A stretch of DNA of 64,000 bases from IMG/VR virus record IMGVR_UViG_3300043436_002205, one strand, 5' to 3'. The notes beneath the pieces were generated by a model. The model was not told the DNA's origin, did not search any database, and saw nothing but the letters and a program-made list of their open reading frames with translations. The position numbers and the translations under genes are program-made. The DNA comes from a virus. Lineage: Duplodnaviria; Heunggongvirae; Uroviricota; Caudoviricetes. Positions 60,312-64,000 of this stretch are shown one piece after another; positions within the stretch are counted from its first letter, which is position 1; each line of letters begins with the position of its first letter.

Positions 60312-62840
60312 TCACATAAAAAACGATTCGAGACTCGCAACCTTCTTGGATCTCCAACCGATCGCTTCAAGAATGCTTTCGATAGGTCCCAAGAAAACTT
60401 TTTCAAACTGAGTGTTATAGTCAATGTACTTGTCCACGTTGAGTTCCTTTGGAAGAACGTTAGGAAACGAGATTACATTTTCTTTAATCGGGTTTGGTAT
60501 ATTGAGATACACGATCTTAATCTTGTCACCACCACGGATCAGCTGATACCTATTCTCTAGCTTGTTTTCCTTCAAAGCTTTGTTGTATAGGATCGAACCA
60601 CGAACGTGCATTGGGCAACCTCTTTTGTAGTCATTGCCTACCATGTACTTTTCAATATCGTCGGTACCAGAGATCTTTGCGATGTCTTCAGCCGGAAGAT
60701 TAAAGAACTCTTCTCGGAAATCTTCGATGAAGATTTGCACGTCGGACTCTGAGCCGTTCATAATCACCTCGAACGACTTTTTCATCTTCTCACGGCAAAC
60801 TTCAGGAGTCGACGAACGAACCGACTCGATACCGGTAACACTGATCTTTGGCTTTGCGTAGTGAACACCTTCAGAGTTGAGAACGTTCATAATGTATCGC
60901 TTTTTGGCGACGAACACAGACTTATCTGTAATCTTTTCGCGTTTCATAACCATCGCGTTACGGCAAGCACCCATCTTTTTTGCGAGGTTCTCGTATCCGA
61001 GAGCGATGACCGCCTCGAGCTTTTCCTTACATACGTTGTCAAGGAATTCTTCACCGGTCTTTCGATCGATGTCTGTTGTTCCGAACACTGCCTGGATAAG
61101 AGGACCAAAGTTCACGTAGATGGAGTCGGTATCGATATAGACGATGTAGTCTACATCGGTCGTCTTTAGTACTTTATTGAGATATTTGTTGACAGATTTT
61201 TCGGCATAACGAATTGACAGTTGACCTGAAGTGGTAATCGCTTCTGCCATCTCGCCGATATAGTAAAGGAAGTAGACGTTTGCGGTCGCACCATATAGAG
61301 AGTTCATAGCAATCTTAATCGCCATCTGAGAGTTATGCAGCTGAGTCATCTGCTTCTTCAGATCCTTCTTTTTGTCCGGATCCTTCTCGTTTTCCATGGC
61401 TTGTTCAACAGCAAGCATTTCTTTCTTGATCTTTGAACGATTGCCATAGTACTCGTCAATGATCTCAGGAATTACACCTTTTACTTTATTGGTAAAGCAG
61501 ACGCCATTTGCGCATGCAGAATATTCGGTGTCTGTGTTTTCAAACTGATCGTTAAGAACCATGTCTTGTGTAACATAGACTCTCTTATCTTGCATATGAG
61601 TCTCAGGCGACATATTATACTGAAGCATCAGATGCGGATACAGAGAGTTAAGGTCGAACGATACGATCCACTTATGCATACCGACCTTTGGATCCTTCAC
61701 GTAACCACCGACGAGATCCTTTCCACGATCACCAGGACCACCCTTGATCTGCGGAACACGATTGTCTCGAATAAGTCGACGATACAGAGTGGTTTCCCAG
61801 ATACCAACGGTGCCGAAGGCATCGCTGAAGTTAACGCCGCCGCCATATGCGACAGTCATAACGAGAGCGAGAAGAGCCGTTTCGTCTTCGAACTGTTGAA
61901 TGAGCCATGTATCCTTGAGGTTATAGTCGAGATACAGTTGCGGGTTTTGATCGTATAGAGCCGTAAGGTTACCATACTCGGAATAATCCAGCTTCTTTTC
62001 GCCAAGGATAACGTGAGCGATATGATCGAGTTTGTAGGACTCTTGAGGACCATACTTATAACCGAACTTCTTAAACGCGTCCATATAGTCAATCACGGTC
62101 ATACCAGAGATTGCATATGTTGACTGTGGCTTGCCAAAGATCTCTCGAGTATTCTTACGAATGGATCCCCACGGCGACAGCTTCTTTGCAGTATCCTCGC
62201 CAAACAGACGAATGATACGAGTTACGATGTACATAATGTCAAAGTACTCAACGTTCCAACCGGTTACAACATCGGGATAGTCGTTCTGCCAGATCTGCAT
62301 GAACCTACGAAGCAGAGCCTGCTCAGTGTCAAACTTCATGAACTGAATGTTTTCTGGATCGATCTTAAGAAGAGTCTTGCTCTTATCATAATCTTTACGA
62401 CCGAGCAGATGATACGTATCAGACTTAGACGATTTAATCGCGATCGAGGTAATCTCTTTATCGGCTTCATCGATGTTGGCATAACCGTCTCGAATATCAA
62501 CTTCGATGTCGAACGAAAAGATGTTAATCTTTTTCATATCGAACTGAATGTTGTCAGGATATTGTTCTTGAATAAACTGAGTTACGTAGTTTGTGTTGCC
62601 GTGGATCTCAAGGCCACGAACGTCTTTGTGGCGTTCAATAAACTCTTTTGCTTCAGCCATCGAGTCACAGACTCGCGGACCAAGTGGCCGATCACCAATC
62701 AGCGACTTATATGCGCCGTCCTTGGATGGAAGAAAGAGCGTTGGACGATACTGATGGCGTCGCATGAACTGCTTTCCATCTTCATATCCACGCCAGAGAA
62801 TTGTATTGCCGTATCGTTCAACGTTCGTATAGAAATTCAT
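60312..62840 (-). CDS. gp43: Family B DNA polymerase gp43
   Basis: FDIE, GWNVEYFD, SFDLNSLYP, KIAMNSLYG, YIDTDS. Confidence 0.99.
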   Translation of the reverse strand: MNFYTNVERYGNTILWRGYEDGKQFMRRHQYRPTLFLPSKDGAYKSLIGDRPLGPRVCDSMAEAKEFIERHKDVRGLEIHGNTNYVTQFIQEQYPDNIQFDMKKINIFSFDIEVDIRDGYANIDEADKEITSIAIKSSKSDTYHLLGRKDYDKSKTLLKIDPENIQFMKFDTEQALLRRFMQIWQNDYPDVVTGWNVEYFDIMYIVTRIIRLFGEDTAKKLSPWGSIRKNTREIFGKPQSTYAISGMTVIDYMDAFKKFGYKYGPQESYKLDHIAHVILGEKKLDYSEYGNLTALYDQNPQLYLDYNLKDTWLIQQFEDETALLALVMTVAYGGGVNFSDAFGTVGIWETTLYRRLIRDNRVPQIKGGPGDRGKDLVGGYVKDPKVGMHKWIVSFDLNSLYPHLMLQYNMSPETHMQDKRVYVTQDMVLNDQFENTDTEYSACANGVCFTNKVKGVIPEIIDEYYGNRSKIKKEMLAVEQAMENEKDPDKKKDLKKQMTQLHNSQMAIKIAMNSLYGATANVYFLYYIGEMAEAITTSGQLSIRYAEKSVNKYLNKVLKTTDVDYIVYIDTDSIYVNFGPLIQAVFGTTDIDRKTGEEFLDNVCKEKLEAVIALGYENLAKKMGACRNAMVMKREKITDKSVFVAKKRYIMNVLNSEGVHYAKPKISVTGIESVRSSTPEVCREKMKKSFEVIMNGSESDVQIFIEDFREEFFNLPAEDIAKISGTDDIEKYMVGNDYKRGCPMHVRGSILYNKALKENKLENRYQLIRGGDKIKIVYLNIPNPIKENVISFPNVLPKELNVDKYIDYNTQFEKVFLGPIESILEAIGWRSKKVASLESFFM

Positions 62841-63061
62841 AGTATACCTTTCAAGTATTCAACAACAAAGTGTTCTGTCGGTTGGTCAGATCTTTGTATC
62901 ATTTTTCCATCATACACCATAACTTGATATTTGTCAACCAACTTAACTACAGTTATGCGAGAGTCGCTTCGAAAAAAATCCATGGCATCACCAGTTTCTT
63001 TGCGAAAATGAGAGTCATATGCGTATCCTTTCTCTCCGAGGAATGCGTTTACTTCTTTCAA
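62837..63061 (-). CDS. Hypothetical protein
   Basis: 74 aa between gp46 and gp43. Confidence 0.55.
   Translation of the reverse strand: MKEVNAFLGEKGYAYDSHFRKETGDAMDFFRSDSRITVVKLVDKYQVMVYDGKMIQRSDQPTEHFVVEYLKGIL
62909..62937 (-). promoter_or_regulatory. Sigma70 promoter for gp43 (inside the upstream ORF)
   Basis: TTGACA-17-TATGAT. Confidence 0.7.
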
Positions 63062-63070
63062 TCTTTACTC

Positions 63071-64000
63071 CTATGCTGCGATCTGGCTGAAGTTCTTTAC
63101 CTTTTCAAATTTAATATGCGAGTCGAACTTTTCTCCAAACTGATCTGACCGGTGAGAGATCACAAAGATGTTATCGTTGTTGTTCAGATTGTGCAGAGTG
63201 TCAATTAGATTTTCAACACCGGCGCCATCCATCGCACCATCCAACGTTTCATCAAGTATCAGCAGGTTCGTTGAGACTGAGTTGCGAAGTTTTGCTACGG
63301 CTCGCCACGACAACATGATGGACAAAGAAATTCTCAGCTTTTCGCCTTCCGAGAACGAAGCATACGAAAAGGCGTCACGAAAGCGAGACTTAATTACCTC
63401 GTTAAAGTTTTCATCAAGATGAAAGTCAACAAAGAGTTCAAACGCAGACAGATATTTGTTGATGAGTTTGTTCATAACTGGAATGTACTGGCGAATGATA
63501 CGAGTCTTAATACCGCCGTCCTTTAGCATTGCTGCAGCTACACCAAGAGTTTCTCTTTCATCAAACAGTTTTGTCTGATCCGCCTGAAGATCCTTCAGAC
63601 CTTTATTATATTCTTCGAGCTTGCTTGTGTCAACTTCTTCGACTTCTTTCTCTGCGGCATCGAGGTCATCCTTAAACGATTTAAGAGCATTCATAGACAT
63701 CTTAATATGAGCTCGGTGTTCGCCGATCTTTAGGTTGTGCGTTTGAATTGTATCCTCGACCTTTGAGATCTCCTCGACACGAGCTTCGATCTCAGCAATC
63801 TTTGCTTCGATCTCTGTAAGACCAGTTTCGGCTTCGTTCTTCTTTTGGTTACGGTCAGTGACGATCGTTTCCTTAAAGTCGTGATCGATTCCTTGCTTAC
63901 ACGTCGGGCAGTTGTCATTATCGTGATAGAAGTTTAGATCCTTGAGATAACCACGAAGAACGCCGTCCAGTTCCTGTCGAATGCTCTTTGTTCTATCGAG
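63071..64000 (-). CDS. gp46: Recombination endonuclease subunit gp46 (Rad50/SbcC-like), C-terminal part; ORF continues beyond the window
   Basis: Frame open to 64000; CPTC zinc hook, SFSEGEK signature, LILDE, VISH. Confidence 0.95.
   Translation of the reverse strand, partial: LDRTKSIRQELDGVLRGYLKDLNFYHDNDNCPTCKQGIDHDFKETIVTDRNQKKNEAETGLTEIEAKIAEIEARVEEISKVEDTIQTHNLKIGEHRAHIKMSMNALKSFKDDLDAAEKEVEEVDTSKLEEYNKGLKDLQADQTKLFDERETLGVAAAMLKDGGIKTRIIRQYIPVMNKLINKYLSAFELFVDFHLDENFNEVIKSRFRDAFSYASFSEGEKLRISLSIMLSWRAVAKLRNSVSTNLLILDETLDGAMDGAGVENLIDTLHNLNNNDNIFVISHRSDQFGEKFDSHIKFEKVKNFSQIAA

Noticed and set aside
60312-62840. Intron or intein in gp43
   Set aside because: Continuous 842-aa ORF of normal size with no splicing motifs.
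63701-64000. gp46 apparently starting at 63700
   Set aside because: The frame stays open to the window edge; the track start is an internal Met.

Overview
A 64-kb segment of a large T4-like myovirus genome (dsDNA phage). No host, tRNA, CRISPR or integrase signal was seen. Left to right: (1) ~1-21.7 kb is a tail-fibre/accessory region. It holds fibre-like structural genes, a glycan-tailoring cassette (sulfotransferase-like, two 2OG-Fe(II) oxygenase-like, three glycosyltransferases, radical SAM, RmlB), a Tyr-x-Gly repeat protein, a TctC-like/TctA-like/PP-loop trio and a Gly-X-Gln collagen fibre. (2) ~21.7-44 kb is the baseplate/tail module (DUF4815 protein, gp8, 7, 6, 25, M15-peptidase protein, gp5, hub, split gp53, gp48; then on + gp4, 2, 54, 26, 51 and tape measure). 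(3) ~44-46 kb carries hsp20 with a ROSE-like 5' UTR, a bacterial-type alternative oxidase and dUTPase. (4) ~46-64 kb holds replication genes (regA, 62, 44, 45, dexA, 43, 46) interleaved with a large cytosine-hypermodification locus: gp42-like enzyme, dNMP kinase, dCMP deaminase, sugar kinase/nucleotidyltransferase, HAD phosphatase, BGT-like GT-B, an atypical C5-methyltransferase, a UDG-like protein and nucleases. The best candidates for undescribed biology are this clamp-tethered DNA-modification system, the TctC/TctA/PP-loop module, the phage AOX and the thermometer-like hsp20 leader. All family calls come from motif recognition by eye; no database searches were run. An alphaproteobacterial-type host is only an inference.
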